64,000 bases of DNA from Octopus vulgaris (lineage: Eukaryota), in NCBI GenBank assembly GCA_951406725.2, contig OX597836.1, positions 3,224,001 through 3,288,000 on the forward strand. The letters are read 5' to 3'. Under the pieces are notes generated by a model. That model was not told where the DNA came from, did not search any database, and worked only from the letters and a program-made list of their open reading frames with translations. How positions within the stretch are numbered: position 1 is the stretch's first letter; each line of letters opens with the position of its first letter. Below, piece by piece: positions 51,784 to 63,590 of the stretch. The position numbers and the translations under genes were made by a program.

Positions 51784-52707
51784 TTTGTTTCCGTGTGGAT
51801 AAAGTCCCTGACTATTTTCTCTCCGAATTTATCACAAAACTGAAAGATTTGTTAAGCAATTGGAAAGAACGCATCCTAATGTTTTATTATGCTCTCTTTG
51901 TTTCGTGTTCAAATAACGATTTCAGTTCAATCCCTTCGAAAGTCAGTGAATTACCAATCCCGTGTTATTGCAGCTCTCTCTCTCTCTCTATTTTTATTCG
52001 TCTAATTATCATGTTCTGGATATTTCTTCGAGTGAAGAGCGCAAAGACCCAGAGTATGTGAAACCATGAAACCATGAACTATTTGCTAAGACCAAGACAT
52101 TTCCGTTTGCAGGGTAACGTAGTGTCCGCAGGTACCGTAATTTCATTTCCGACTTTATATTACCTGCCTAGCGGTCTCAACGGATTATGCAAGAGAATGG
52201 GAAAGAGAGCGGGGCGACGCACCAGGACGGGGGTGGTAAATATTCAAAAAGAAAACAAAATTGATCATTCATGAAGCAAGTGTTTCAGCTAAAAATGGTG
52301 ATGGTGGTGGTGCCGGCGGCTGAAGTGGTCGTGGTAGTAGTGACGCTGATGATGGTGGCGTTCGTGGTGGTAGCAGTGGCGGCGGCAGTGTTGGTGGTGG
52401 CAGCGATGGTGGTGGTGGTGGTAGCTACGGCATTGTTATTACTGCTGAATTTTGCTATTTTTTTTCTTTGGTTGCGAAACAAACCGATGATTATAGGAAT
52501 TCCAGCCTCGAGCAGATCAACCTTCTTTTTCCAAAGAGCGTCTTCCTATGTTTTTCCAGCCTATCCATTCTTGCTGTTTTACCTTTTCTCTCTCTCTCTC
52601 TCTTTTGGAAGAAGTAGGTCATTACATGAGGGAGATCCGGCTACTACTTCTAGCAAAGCGAGTATACACTTAGAGATTCCATCTTTCATTATGTTATAAT
52701 GTTGGGT

Positions 52708-53020
52708 GAAGGCACGTGGCCTATTGGTTAGAGTATTCGACACACGGTCGCAAATGCATGCGTTCGATTCCTGGTAGCGTATTGTAATGAAAACATTTTA
52801 TTTCACGTCGCTCCAGTTCATTAAGCTGTAGAAATGAGTTGCGACATCACTAGTGCCAAGCCGTATCGGCCCTTTTGCCTTTCCCTTGAATAACATCGGT
52901 GGCCTCTAGAAGGGAGGCTGCTGGTCTTCCATAAAGAACCTTGCCCAGATTTGTGCGGCGGGGGTGGGGGACTTTCTGGGTGCAATTCTATGGTCATTCA
53001 TGCCCGAAGTGGGTTTTACG
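52708..53020 (+). mobile_element. SINE family D
   Basis: GAAGGCACGTGGCCTATTGGTTAGAG head and GTTCGATTCCTGG B-box; body as in 36277-36590. Confidence 0.82.
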
Positions 53021-53073
53021 CTTATGAAGTCACAGAAATCAGTTACAGGAGGAGTCGCCATGGACTGCGATTG

Positions 53074-53117
53074 GTGCCTGATGAACGCTCGCATGTAGGG
53101 GAAACTCTTAGTAGCAC
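53074..53117 (+). ncRNA. Type I hammerhead-like motif with a decayed stem II
   Basis: GUGC CUGAUGA ACGCUCGCAUGUAGGG GAAA CU-CUU-AG UA GCAC. Canonical core, stem I GUGC/GCAC, GUA triplet. Confidence 0.6.
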
Positions 53118-54542
53118 GATAAGTACTTGTAGGCGAAACGTTTTGTAATAATGAAATCTCATTGGATAGAGTACTCTTCGTACAGTCTTTTACGCAGTTA
53201 ATTTTTTATACACGTATGTATGTATATATGCTTTTATGTGTGTATCCATGGATGGACGGATGGATTGATGGGTGGACGGATGGACAGTTGTGCGTGGCGA
53301 TAGGTCCTTATTTAGCAAACCCTTGGTAAAAGCCATCCGGTTGTGAAACACCCGTTTGTATGGTGTTGCATTCTCTACATTACCTTACTTTTAAGAGAGC
53401 GGGTTGGATCGTTGTTATTTCTAGCAGCTTGGGCGGTCACTTAGCTGCAAGAATACTAGCATACTTCAAATACGTTAAGAGAAGATGAAGAAGTGAGAGA
53501 AGTGGATGATGAAGAACGTGAAGAAGAAGAAGGTGAGTAATAGTAGTAGGAGGAGGAGGAAAAGAAGATAGAGAAGAAGAGGAAGGAGATGATGATGACG
53601 AAGAAGATGACGAAGAAGTATGCTGACGACACACAATAGCAGAATATTGGAGAAAAGTAATGACAGAATGAAAATATTTCCTTTTAGCCATTTCTCTGTT
53701 TTCTTTTTTTCTTGTATATTTTTGTGTTGTTTTCTTTCTTTGGTTCCGTCGTTTCATTCATCCATGCAAATGATGAAGAATGAAGTAAATGAAGAGAGCG
53801 TCGAATTAATAAGTGTAAAGACATTCTGCGAGTCTTTGATCGTCGTCTGCACCAGGAATATTTCAACCGAAACTTATTTTGCTTCTGGAAAAAATAATTC
53901 CATTCTGTTGTTTAAGCAATTTCCATTAATTGAATAATAGAATATAATTATCTCTCAGCCATAATTTTAATTAATAAAGTGTTATGTTTGTTATTTTTTT
54001 TATTTTAGTAGTGGTGACGGCGCTGATGATGATGATGGTGTTACGAGTGGTAGCAGTAGCGGTGGTGGTGCTGGTGATGGTGGTGGTTATGGTATGCTTT
54101 CGTTAATCTTGTTGTCATCGCCAATGTTGCTTTTTGCTGGTGGTGGCAGCGGCTGTTGTTTTCGTTGTTGTTGTTGTTGTTCTTGCTGGCGGTGGTTGCG
54201 TCAACAGCGTTCTTGTCGATTGTTTACGACGTTGATGTTGACTATTTTCTTGTGTCTGTATCCAAGTGCCGGTGGTGTGTTGTGGTTGTGGAAGTGCTGA
54301 TTAAGGTTTTGGTTGGTGTGTATTGCTGTATTGCTTAACGTTGGTGTAGGTAAGGGTTGAAATGCTAGTAATTGCGGTGGAAGTGATAGTGCCAGAGGCC
54401 TAAAAAAGTGCTATCGATTTCAAAAGATCCTAATTTTCTCATACCTTCGCCATGGAATTATAATCCATTCCCAATACATGATGTTTAGTAGTTTATATTC
54501 ATATCAGTTACTAACCAGGACGCTTCTAAATTTGTCGGGCTA

Positions 54543-54557
54543 ATTAGCATAACAATG
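54543..54557 (-). promoter_or_regulatory. Sox-POU (Sox-Oct) composite motif in repeat-poor DNA
   Basis: The minus strand reads CATTGTTATGCTAAT, the canonical zero-spacer SoxB/POU element. Confidence 0.35.
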
Positions 54558-55413
54558 CCTATGCTAAAAGTCGTGATTAAATATTACATTAACACACTAG
54601 TTTTTGCGCTAATTTGATACGTAAGGCAATGCGAGAGGCCACTGGGGGCGATGGGTCTCATTGGATGGTGGAAACGGGCTAACACAATGATACTCAACCA
54701 TGTTATTGCCGATGGGGCCGCTTAGATTTCACTTTTACTCCACTAGACGCCCAAAATATTCGTTGTTTACAGAAAGAAACGATTTAATTTTGGTAGTTGA
54801 ATATTAAAATGTTTTGTATACTGCAGAAGTATAACGAATTTATTATCATACAAAATATTATCTGCTAGAAATAGTGGCCAAATGACTCTGAAATGATGTG
54901 GGGGTGTTCACAACTGGATGGCTCATGAATATAAGTCTTCCTAAATAGGACTGATCGAAAGTTAATTATCATCGATAAGGATACTAACAATATACAGAAA
55001 GATAAAGGCGTGAAAATAGGGGGACATACGCAAAACTATGAGTAGAAGACTAAAAGCACACACATACAAACAGAAGCGCACACGGAGGCACACATAGATA
55101 CTGTACATGACCAGACTTTCGCCTGAACAAAGACACACGCTTACACAGACAAATATTATCACATGCATAGATAAATACAGACCAACACAATCGCTAACAA
55201 GAGTGTATAACAAATGCCACAAATACACACAATAATAAACAAATGCGCGCACACATGGGATACGAAATCACGCGGCAGTCTAGATTTCAATGGCGTCACT
55301 TGAAGCGGTTTTTCAACAACTTTTGTCAGATATATTTAGAATTTAAAATACATTGTTATATTCAATTCAGAAACAAATGTTATCTAAATCTTCATGTCAT
55401 TGAATACATATCA

Positions 55414-55488
55414 ATTTAAATATGTAGCAACTCTCGTGAGATCTACATTAAATACCGTATATTTAAATATGTAGCAATTCTCGCGAGA
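55414..55488. promoter_or_regulatory. Direct 28 bp duplication carrying TCTCG(C/T)GAGA palindromes
   Basis: ATTTAAATATGTAGCAACTCTCGTGAGA (55414-55441) and ATTTAAATATGTAGCAATTCTCGCGAGA (55461-55488). Confidence 0.4.
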
Positions 55489-55979
55489 AACAGATTGATT
55501 CGTCTATAAACACTAGATACGATATAGCTCTTATCAATTATTATGATTATTAATATTTCTTTTTTTTTTTTGTTCGAAATAGCTAGAGATATTTCCCCGC
55601 TGGTTACTTGCTAAAATCATGAAAACTCATCAATCAACGCATGATGCAATATGTCGTTTGAGTTCCGAGCGAAAACTATTGGGATGTTTTCGTTTCTCCA
55701 GTTTGCTCATTCAGATGATGATGATGGCGATGTTCATGATGGCGTATTTACGTTGTGAATTTAACATTATATTTTTGCATGTGTCTAATGTGAGTTTGTA
55801 TGTATATGTACATATATATGAAGATAGATAGATATGTATACACACATACACACACACACACATATATATATATATACGGATGCATATATATATATGTGTG
55901 TGTATGTATGTATGTATGTATATAGGCAAATATATATCCATGTACATACATACGAAAACACACACATATATATATACAC

Positions 55980-56031
<52 letters not shown>

Positions 56032-56144
56032 TCTTCGCGTTCAGTGACCTGCTTAGTCAGGGAAAATATTTTTATAAGCGTTCTTGCGCTATTCGTGATT
56101 GTTCAGCTTCCACACGTAGACGTGTCCTACAAACGCTCACACAT

Positions 56145-56196
<52 letters not shown>

Positions 56197-56639
56197 GCAT
56201 AGTTACGTATATACATAGTCATGTTCTCATTTAACTGTTTTCTGTTAGTTTTTCTATTTGTTTTGGTTTGTTTTCTTTTTTTTTTCGAATTCTGAAAAGT
56301 TTTCTGTGAATAACAACTTCGGAGTTCGTCATCAAATTTATTCGTAATCAGTTTTTTTTTTTCGAAATTCGTGTCATTGATTTCATTACATCGATATACA
56401 TGACGCGTTCGCACATCAGACACGACAGAAGAAGAGCAGAAATAAGAGACCTGCAATACTATTTGACCAGCATCATAGCCACGTGCCTTAATCCTCATAG
56501 ATTTCAGTCTTACTCCTCATATATTTCAGTTAGTCCTCATATTTCAGCCTTAATCTGCGTTTATTTAAGACTTAATCCTCATATATTTCAGATTGGCCAA
56601 CATGACAAAGCGGTTTGCTAAAACATAACAAATTACGCA

Positions 56640-57375
56640 AGTCAATTAGAAGCTGCAGAAATGAAGAGAAAGGACCTTTAATCGTCTTTATGTTCTGAGC
56701 TCAAATTCCGCCAAGGTTGACTTTTCCTTTCCTCCTTTCAGAAGTTGATAACATAAGTACGTATTCAGTAGTGGGATCTATGTAGTCGACCTAATCCCTA
56801 TCTCTGACCTACAGGCCGTGTACCAACAATTCGAAATCCCTATATCCTAAAGAAAAAGGCGGCGAGATGGCAGAATTGTTAGCACACCGGACAAAGTTGC
56901 GTTGCGACATTTCGTCCGTTTTTACCTTCTCAGTTCAAATTCTGCTGAGGTCAGCTTTACCTCTCATACTTTCACGGCTGGTAAAATACGGAGGTCGACT
57001 TTGCGTTTCAATAAGAACACATCGATAAAATAAGTACTTGTTGAATACTGGGGGGATGATGTGATCGACTTAACCACACATCCTCCTCCGCAGAAAGTGC
57101 TAACCCTGTTCCAAAATTTCAAATTGATATTTAACCCATTGTAATGCGATTATCGAGCAGAATTGTAAGCACGCAGGGTAGAATACTTAACGGCATTTCG
57201 TCCACAGTTAGTTTCTGAGTGTTCAAATTCCGTGGAGGTCGACTTTGTCTTTCATCTTTTCGCAGTCGATAAAGTAAATACCAATTAAGCCCTGGTTTGA
57301 ATGCAATCGACTTAAAATACCCCCACTCGTTTACACAGAAAGTGCCGGCCTTGTTCTAAAATACGAAACCAAAAT
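56640..57375 (+). mobile_element. Tandem cluster of three to four SINE B copies
   Basis: Repeated GTTCAAATTC..GAGGTCGACTTT..TTTCA cores at about 56700, 56935, 56995 and 57225, all on the same strand. Confidence 0.85.
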
Positions 57376-58134
57376 TTAACCTAATTTAGAAATATAAATT
57401 GGTTTCGGTTTTATTTCATCTCTAATAACCCTATTTACTTTTCGATCACGTCCATGGATCCTTGATCCTAAATAACGACATCTTGAACTGAATATCACAT
57501 ATTTCAAGATAAACAATATTCCATCTTGTCGACCAAATTCCAACTTCAAGATTATTTATCCTCAAATTACTTTTTGATAAGTTCATTCGAAACCAAAACA
57601 ATACAGAAATAGAGCTCCGTGACAGCGCTGAGAGAGGAAAAGCTATTTCATTAGGCAGACAACAAACTCGGAAAGCGTTCTGTACTTGAAAAGGAATTTC
57701 TGAGAAGGAAACCGTTTATGTTGAGTGGTTGTTGCGTAGGATTAATCGAAAATTACAAAGTTGAGTGGAGCCCAGTGACACTTTCTGACGTTTCTGGCAA
57801 TCGGAAAACGGATTCCCAACCCACAATATGTTGTCACCTCTACTACATCGACGCCGACGCGTTGACTATCAGGTTTAGGTCGATTACGCTAAGGAACCGT
57901 CATCCTGAAATATCGTGAGAATCACATGGTACTTCACAAATATCCAATTAGATATCAGATTTTATTGTTGATAACTTCACAAGCACACACAAACATTTAT
58001 ACACACACATATATATATATATACAGATGTACATATACATATATACATATGTAGTGTGTGTATATACGTATGTATTATATATATGTACATACATACACAT
58101 ACGCTCACGCACGCACACACAGACACGCACACGC

Positions 58135-58204
<70 letters not shown>

Positions 58205-58366
58205 GCATTAAATATTTTTATGCATGCATACACTCATAAACATATAGATCTATGTATGAGTGAATACATATATACAGTTGAAATTTATAGAAAAACAAAA
58301 GACGAAGACAGGTGTAGGAACAACAAGTAAGTGTATTAGTTTGACACTCGAGAAAAATGAAAAAGT

Positions 58367-58402
58367 CTTTTACATTTCGAGCCTACGCTCTTCGTCAGAA
58401 AG
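58367..58402 (-). ncRNA. Minimal type I hammerhead-like motif in a Penelope-like remnant (about 58262-58470)
   Basis: Minus strand: CUUU CUGACGA A-GAGC-GUAG-GCUC GAAA UG UA AAAG. Stem I is CUUU/AAAG, stem II is 4 bp, and stem III is collapsed (GAAACGUA with a probable CpG transition). Confidence 0.72.
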
Positions 58403-58807
58403 GAATAAGAGAAATTAAACAGAGAGAATGAAAAAAAAAACATGTAGATTTCAGCGATCCATATATATATTGGGAATTACTATAGGAATCATGCTAGCAA
58501 AACACAGCAATGAGAGCACACACAGATACAACATGAACACATAGGCATGTGCATGTGTATGTGAGTGTATGTGTATATATGCGTGTGTCTGTAACATTCA
58601 AACATATATGACCATCTGTTAATAATTGAATACACACAGGCATGTATATATATGTATACGTATATGTTTCTATATATATATATATATATATGTATACGTA
58701 TATGTTTGTATATATATATATATATATGTATACGTATATGTTTCTATATATATATATATATATACACATATTTATATATGCGTGTGTGTGCGATTCTTTT
58801 CTCACAG

Positions 58808-58945
58808 TTCCAAATGCGCACTCTCAACCAAAGCTGAAAATTTGAATCAATGGTGTGTGTGTGTGTGTGTGTGCGAGTGTGCGTAAGAGTGTGCGTGTGC
58901 GTGTAAGAGTGTGTGTGTGTGTGGTGGGGGATATAATCACGCAAG
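58808..58945 (+). other. Candidate non-coding (5' UTR) exon of gene 2
   Basis: Acceptor ATTCTTTTCTCACAG| and consensus donor AAG|GTAAGT. No convincing reading frame. Confidence 0.4.
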
Positions 58946-59216
58946 GTAAGTAAATGTTTACTTCAAAATATAATGTTCTCTAATTCATAAATAAAAATCG
59001 AAATCAGAGGCAAGCTGTTTGTTTAAATTAGACATATGTATATATATATATGTGTGTGTGCATGTGTGTACATATGCATATTTGCATGTGTGTGTATGTG
59101 CATCTATGTCTATACATATATTTACATTGCACATAAATATATACATTATACGTGAATACACGTCCATACATATGTGTGTGTATACTTCCCATATAACTTT
59201 ACCAAAAGGCGGGACC

Positions 59217-59244
59217 ATGAACAATAAGATCAACCAGGGGCGTG
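59217..59244 (+). CDS. Candidate first coding segment of gene 2 (exon about 59209-59244)
   Basis: GGGACCATG in Kozak-like context, encoding MNNKINQGR(G|), with consensus donor G|GTAAGT in phase 1. Confidence 0.45.
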
Positions 59245-59390
59245 GTAAGTAACAATTAGAAGCACATACAGATACGTATATATATATATATATATATATA
59301 TGAACGTATGTAAATGCATAGGTGTAAGTGTTTTTGTCTATGCATGTGCGTAGATATCAACATTATGATATATATATATATATATATATA

Positions 59391-59618
59391 GGCGGCGAGC
59401 TGGCAGAAACGCTAGCGCGCCGGGCGGAATGCTTAGCGGTATTTCGTCTGCCGTTACGTACTGAGTTCAAAATTCCGAGGTCGACTTTACCTTTCATCCT
59501 TTCGGGGTTGATAAATTAAGTACCAGTTACGCACTGGGGTCGATGTAATCGACTTAATACCTATGTCTGTCCTTGTTTGTCCCCTCTATGTTTAGCCCCA
59601 TGTGGGTAATAAAGAAAT
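59391..59618 (+). mobile_element. SINE family B, full-length young copy in (TA)n
   Basis: GGCGGCGAGCTGGCAGAAACG A-box head, GAGTTCAAA B-box, CCTTTCATCCTTTCGGGGTTGATAAATTAAGTACCAG core, and tail TTGTCCCCTCTATGTTTAGCCCCATGTGGGTAATAAAG. Confidence 0.92.
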
Positions 59619-59703
59619 ATATATATATATATATGTAGGTCCCGGGTTGATTCGGGGTTAACCACAGTAAGTAAGGTACTCAATACATAGCAGAGTAAAA
59701 TTA

Positions 59704-59859
59704 ATTTATTATATAGAAGGAGCTTCTACAGGACTAGTACTGTTTCATTCAAGAGAAATCTTCAGGAAGCTATTTAACAAGCTTGTTAAATAGCTTCCTG
59801 AAGATTTCTCTTGAATGAAACAGTACTAGTCCTGTAGAAGCTCCTTCTATATAATAAAT
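59704..59859. repeat. Perfect 156 bp palindrome with no spacer, centred on AAGCTT
   Basis: The 78-nt arms are exact reverse complements (checked base by base). The left arm continues as a unique tail to (TA)n at about 59636. Confidence 0.97.
59792..59842 (+). ncRNA. Type I hammerhead ribozyme motif (identical mirror copy on the minus strand at 59721-59771)
   Basis: AGCUUC CUGAAGA U-UUC-UCUU-GAA-U GAAA CAG-UACUAGUC-CUG UA GAAGCU. It has a 6-bp stem I, a canonical core, stem III CAG/CUG with a palindromic ACUAGU loop, and a GUA triplet. Confidence 0.82.
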
Positions 59860-60053
59860 ATATATATATATATATATTTGTATGCTTACATTTATATAAA
59901 CGTATATAGACGTGTGGATGTATAGTTTTGCGTATGTGTATATTTAGGCTTGTCTCATATACACACGCATGTCTTCCTGTAGTTTTACATATCTATCAAA
60001 CACCCTCTGTATATGTCAATATATAAGTGAGTGTATAGACTCATATATGTGTA

Positions 60054-60306
60054 CAGTAATCCCTCGACTATCGCGGGTGTTACCCTCTAACCATCCCCCA
60101 ACCGCGATAGGGGAAAATCCACGAAGTAGAAACTACTGCACTTTATTTCTATAAAATTATTGTTATCATTTGTATAATTTTATTTTATTATAAATGCAAA
60201 ACAACACCACGCAGGAATCGACGTGAGCTTAAATGATATAGAGTGATAAGGGAACCGCGATTGGTGAACCACAGTAGGTGAACCGCGATATGGTGAGAGA
60301 TTACTA
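60054..60306. mobile_element. pogo/Tigger-like MITE
   Basis: TA-flanked TIRs CAGTAATCCCTCGACTATCGCGG and CCGCGATATGGTGAGAGATTACTA, with internal AACCGCGAT repeats. Confidence 0.8.
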
Positions 60307-60464
60307 TATAAGTTTGTATTTATATATGTATGTATGTTTATATGTATAGTTGTTTTTTTATGTGGTTGTGTATATACGTATATTTTATGCAACAGAAAAG
60401 GTTAACCTTTAATATGTATGTGTATGTGTGTATATATATATGATATATGTTTATATAAATACAC

Positions 60465-60600
60465 TATTTCGTCTGTCTTTACGTTCTGAGTTCAAATTCC
60501 GCCGTGGTCTACTTTGCCTTTAAATACTAGTTGGGCCCTGGGATCGATCTAATCGACTGGTCCCCTCACCCAAAATGTCGGACCTAGAGCAGAAAAGAAT
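60465..60600 (+). mobile_element. SINE B fragment
   Basis: TATTTCGTCTGTCTTTACGTTCTGAGTTCAAATTCCGCCG. Confidence 0.8.
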
Positions 60601-60988
60601 ATATATACATATACCTATGTACATATAAATAGACAGACAGACATATATCTGCGCGCATGTGTGTATATTATATACGCACGTTAAGATGAGTGTTTATATG
60701 TATAAAGCCAAACTAAACAATACACTTCAATAATATCGACAAAGTGTGAATCATACACCCCCCCACATATATATATATATAGAGAGAAATATTTATAGCA
60801 TCACACTCTTGAACACACATACACACACACACTCACACACGCTCATTTTCATAGACTTATACTCAATCCGTTCGTTCCTTTCCGCCGCCATTCGCGTGAT
60901 CACGTGCTAATAGAAACAAACTGCAATAAGAAAGTTTATATTTCTTCATTGGACACACATGAAAAACAGAAATGCCTCTTTTTTTCAG

Positions 60989-61032
60989 AAAAATCAACTC
61001 AGAATTATATCCGTGACACATGCTGTTCACAA
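60989..61032 (+). CDS. Candidate 44-nt exon of gene 2
   Basis: GCCTCTTTTTTTCAG| acceptor and CAA|GTAAGT donor. Phase 1 in, phase 0 out; encodes EKSTQNYIRDTCCSQ. Confidence 0.6.
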
Positions 61033-61545
61033 GTAAGTAAACGCGATAAAAGTAGGTTAAAAAGTAGCAGCTGTAGGGATGATAACAAGGAAGTTGGTGA
61101 GAATTATGCAGAACTAACCTATAGAATTAGCTCTGCTGTCTTATTTTCCTTTTAGTTCTTACAACCCACTCAAAACATCATTTCTTAATCGAAAGATGTT
61201 TGTTTCTATAAACTCGTGTTTGTTTTTTTTTTCCGTGTTACATTTTTTTTTGGTGGGGGCGGGGTTCCCACAATGGTTTTATCAGTCTTAATCGAAAAAA
61301 TATGTGCATACACAATTCACTTATATATTTGTGTTACAACAACAACAACAACAACTACTACTGCTGCTACTGCTGCTGCTGCTGCTGCTGCAACTTGTAG
61401 TTATGGCGGTATAAAGTTGCAAACTATCTCATACTAGTAACAAGTGTTAGTAAATATCATCAAATACGCAATCATTTACATGTAAACAAATATAATTCTG
61501 AGAAAGGCGGGAAAACACGCACCAGTGAGTGTGCGCCTCCTCCTG

Positions 61546-61582
<37 letters not shown>

Positions 61583-61687
61583 CATACATACATCCGTTTG
61601 TATATGTATATATATGTATATATACATACATACAAATGCTGTGTGTGTGTGTATAAAATGAATATATACATGATATAAAATATATTT

Positions 61688-62052
61688 GCGCAGGAGTGGC
61701 TGTGTGGAAAGTAGCTTTCTCAACAGCAACATGGTTCCTGGTTCAGTTTCGCTGCGTGGCACCTTGGGAAAGTGTCTTCTACTATAGGCTCAAGCCGACC
61801 AAATGCCTGTGAGTGGATTTGGTAGACGGAAACTGAAAGAGGCCCGTCGTATATCTATGTACATGTGTGCGTGTGTCTGCTTGTCCTTCCCCACCATCGC
61901 TTGACAACGGATGCTTAGCGGTTCGGCAAAAATGACCAATAGAATAAGTACTAGTCTTACAAAGAATAAGTCATTGGATCGATTTGTTTGAGTAAAGGCG
62001 GTGCTACAGCATGGCTGCAGTCAAATGACTGAAACAAATAAAAGAATAAAAA
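61688..62052 (+). mobile_element. SINE family A, full-length reference copy
   Basis: GCGCAGGAGTGGCTGTGTGG A-box, GGTTCAG B-box, CORE-like GGCACCTTGGGAAAGTG, and tail CAGCATGGCTGCAGTCAAATGACTGAAACAA. Confidence 0.92.
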
Positions 62053-63051
62053 ATATATAGATGGCTATATACGTGTATGTGTGTTGACGTGTTGATATAT
62101 GTGTAGATCGTCACTCTACTTCGAAAGATACAGTGTGTCCTTCATCTAAGCGTCCATCCCGTTAACTATGCTAGACTATTCTACAAATACATATAGCCTT
62201 AACTTCTTTACGCATTCGAATTTGCGGAAAACAACTTAAATCGAACCCAGAAATCATGATTGCCAGGTGAACTCATTAAGTATTTTATATATAAGAGTAG
62301 GTGATGTGTCTTGAAAATTATTTCCAGTTTTGTTCTTCAGTTTATTCAAACAAACGATAAACGTTTAAAAGTAGCGTGACAATATATAAGAAACATATAT
62401 GGTGAGAAGATATCGAAAAATATAGGGTATACTCTACATTAAGATTTGATTTATTGTTGGAAAAATACTCAGAAAAGGCTATAAATTTTCGTGTACTCAG
62501 TTATCAAGCGTAGAACAGATTTAGTTCGAAATATGGTTACTCACGTATTCTAGTGAAAAACACTTCGGAATCTCTTCCCAGTTAACTGTAAGAGGTACCA
62601 ACTTTTCAGTTTCCCAATGTCAACCCTGACATATATTCCTATAGCTGTATAAATCAAATTTTGGCTACCATGTTTAACCAAAATGTTATTGTCGGAAAAC
62701 AGCAACGAATTTCTCACACGCACGATGATAGTAACATCCGAATTACTAAGTGGAATAAAAGTCTTACCGATTTCTAAAAACTTCTAAAGAAGAAACTTCA
62801 TCATTTACTTTGCATTCAATATTAATTTCAAACTGGTTAAATTTACAAAGTAATTATTATCTACATTATTAATGAGCGGATGATTGTAATTTAGAGATGC
62901 GTTTTCCTCACAAAATGGAACCAACTTGTTTACTTCTAGAAAATGATGAAATTTTAAATACTGATTCTACTGATATCATTTTTCCGATATTTAAATATAA
63001 TGTATAATTCATGTTTTACTAATTCGATTCTGTTGTCTGTGTGTTTTTTAG

Positions 63052-63118
63052 GCAAGGAGATATTCTCTTGCTTCAGAATATACATCAAGTAATCTGCTCA
63101 AGTGTTCTAATAAAGATT
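63052..63118 (+). CDS. Candidate 67-nt exon of gene 2
   Basis: Branch-like TTACTAAT, acceptor TGTGTTTTTTAG| and donor |GTACGT. The phase-0 frame reads ARRYSLASEYTSSNLLKCSNKD. Confidence 0.6.
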
Positions 63119-63349
63119 GTACGTGCGGCAAGAATATGAGAGAGCAAAGGAAAGGCGTCCAAAAGTGGTTGCTACAGATATGAACACAAAAATGATAGGG
63201 AAAATTTCAATAATTATACGATAACTGGATCTCGTACAAACCGAGGTATTTACTAATTATGCGATATACTACTTGTCAAATAGACAAGTTGCATGCATAT
63301 ATGATGAGATAATTGCAACATATTATGACTATAACTCTTTAACAAAATC

Positions 63350-63590
63350 AGGAAGGATGCGATCCTACGACATGATGGTCTGCCTCCTATGAGGGAAATC
63401 CTCATTGATGGACATTTACTCTGGATGGGTCACGAAAACTGAATGGACAACGGCAGACTCCTTCGACGAAACCTTTACGCCTAACTTAGCAAAGGGGAAA
63501 AGAAACCATGGAAAAGCTAGGCTGACATTCAAAGACACTGCAAAGAGGTGTATGAAGTGGAAAATAATTACCCTAAAATCCCATCTAAAT
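63350..63590 (+). mobile_element. RTE-clade LINE C-terminal fragment
   Basis: GLPPMREILIDGHLLWMGHEN*MDNGRLLRRNLYA*L..(frameshift)GKRNHGKARLTFKDTAKRCMK matches the RTE LRWxGHxxRM..GKRxxGRP..FKD signature. Confidence 0.82.

Noticed and set aside
52271-52699. Hydrophobic V/A-rich membrane-like ORF
   Set aside because: It derives from degenerate (GGT/GGC)n repeats.
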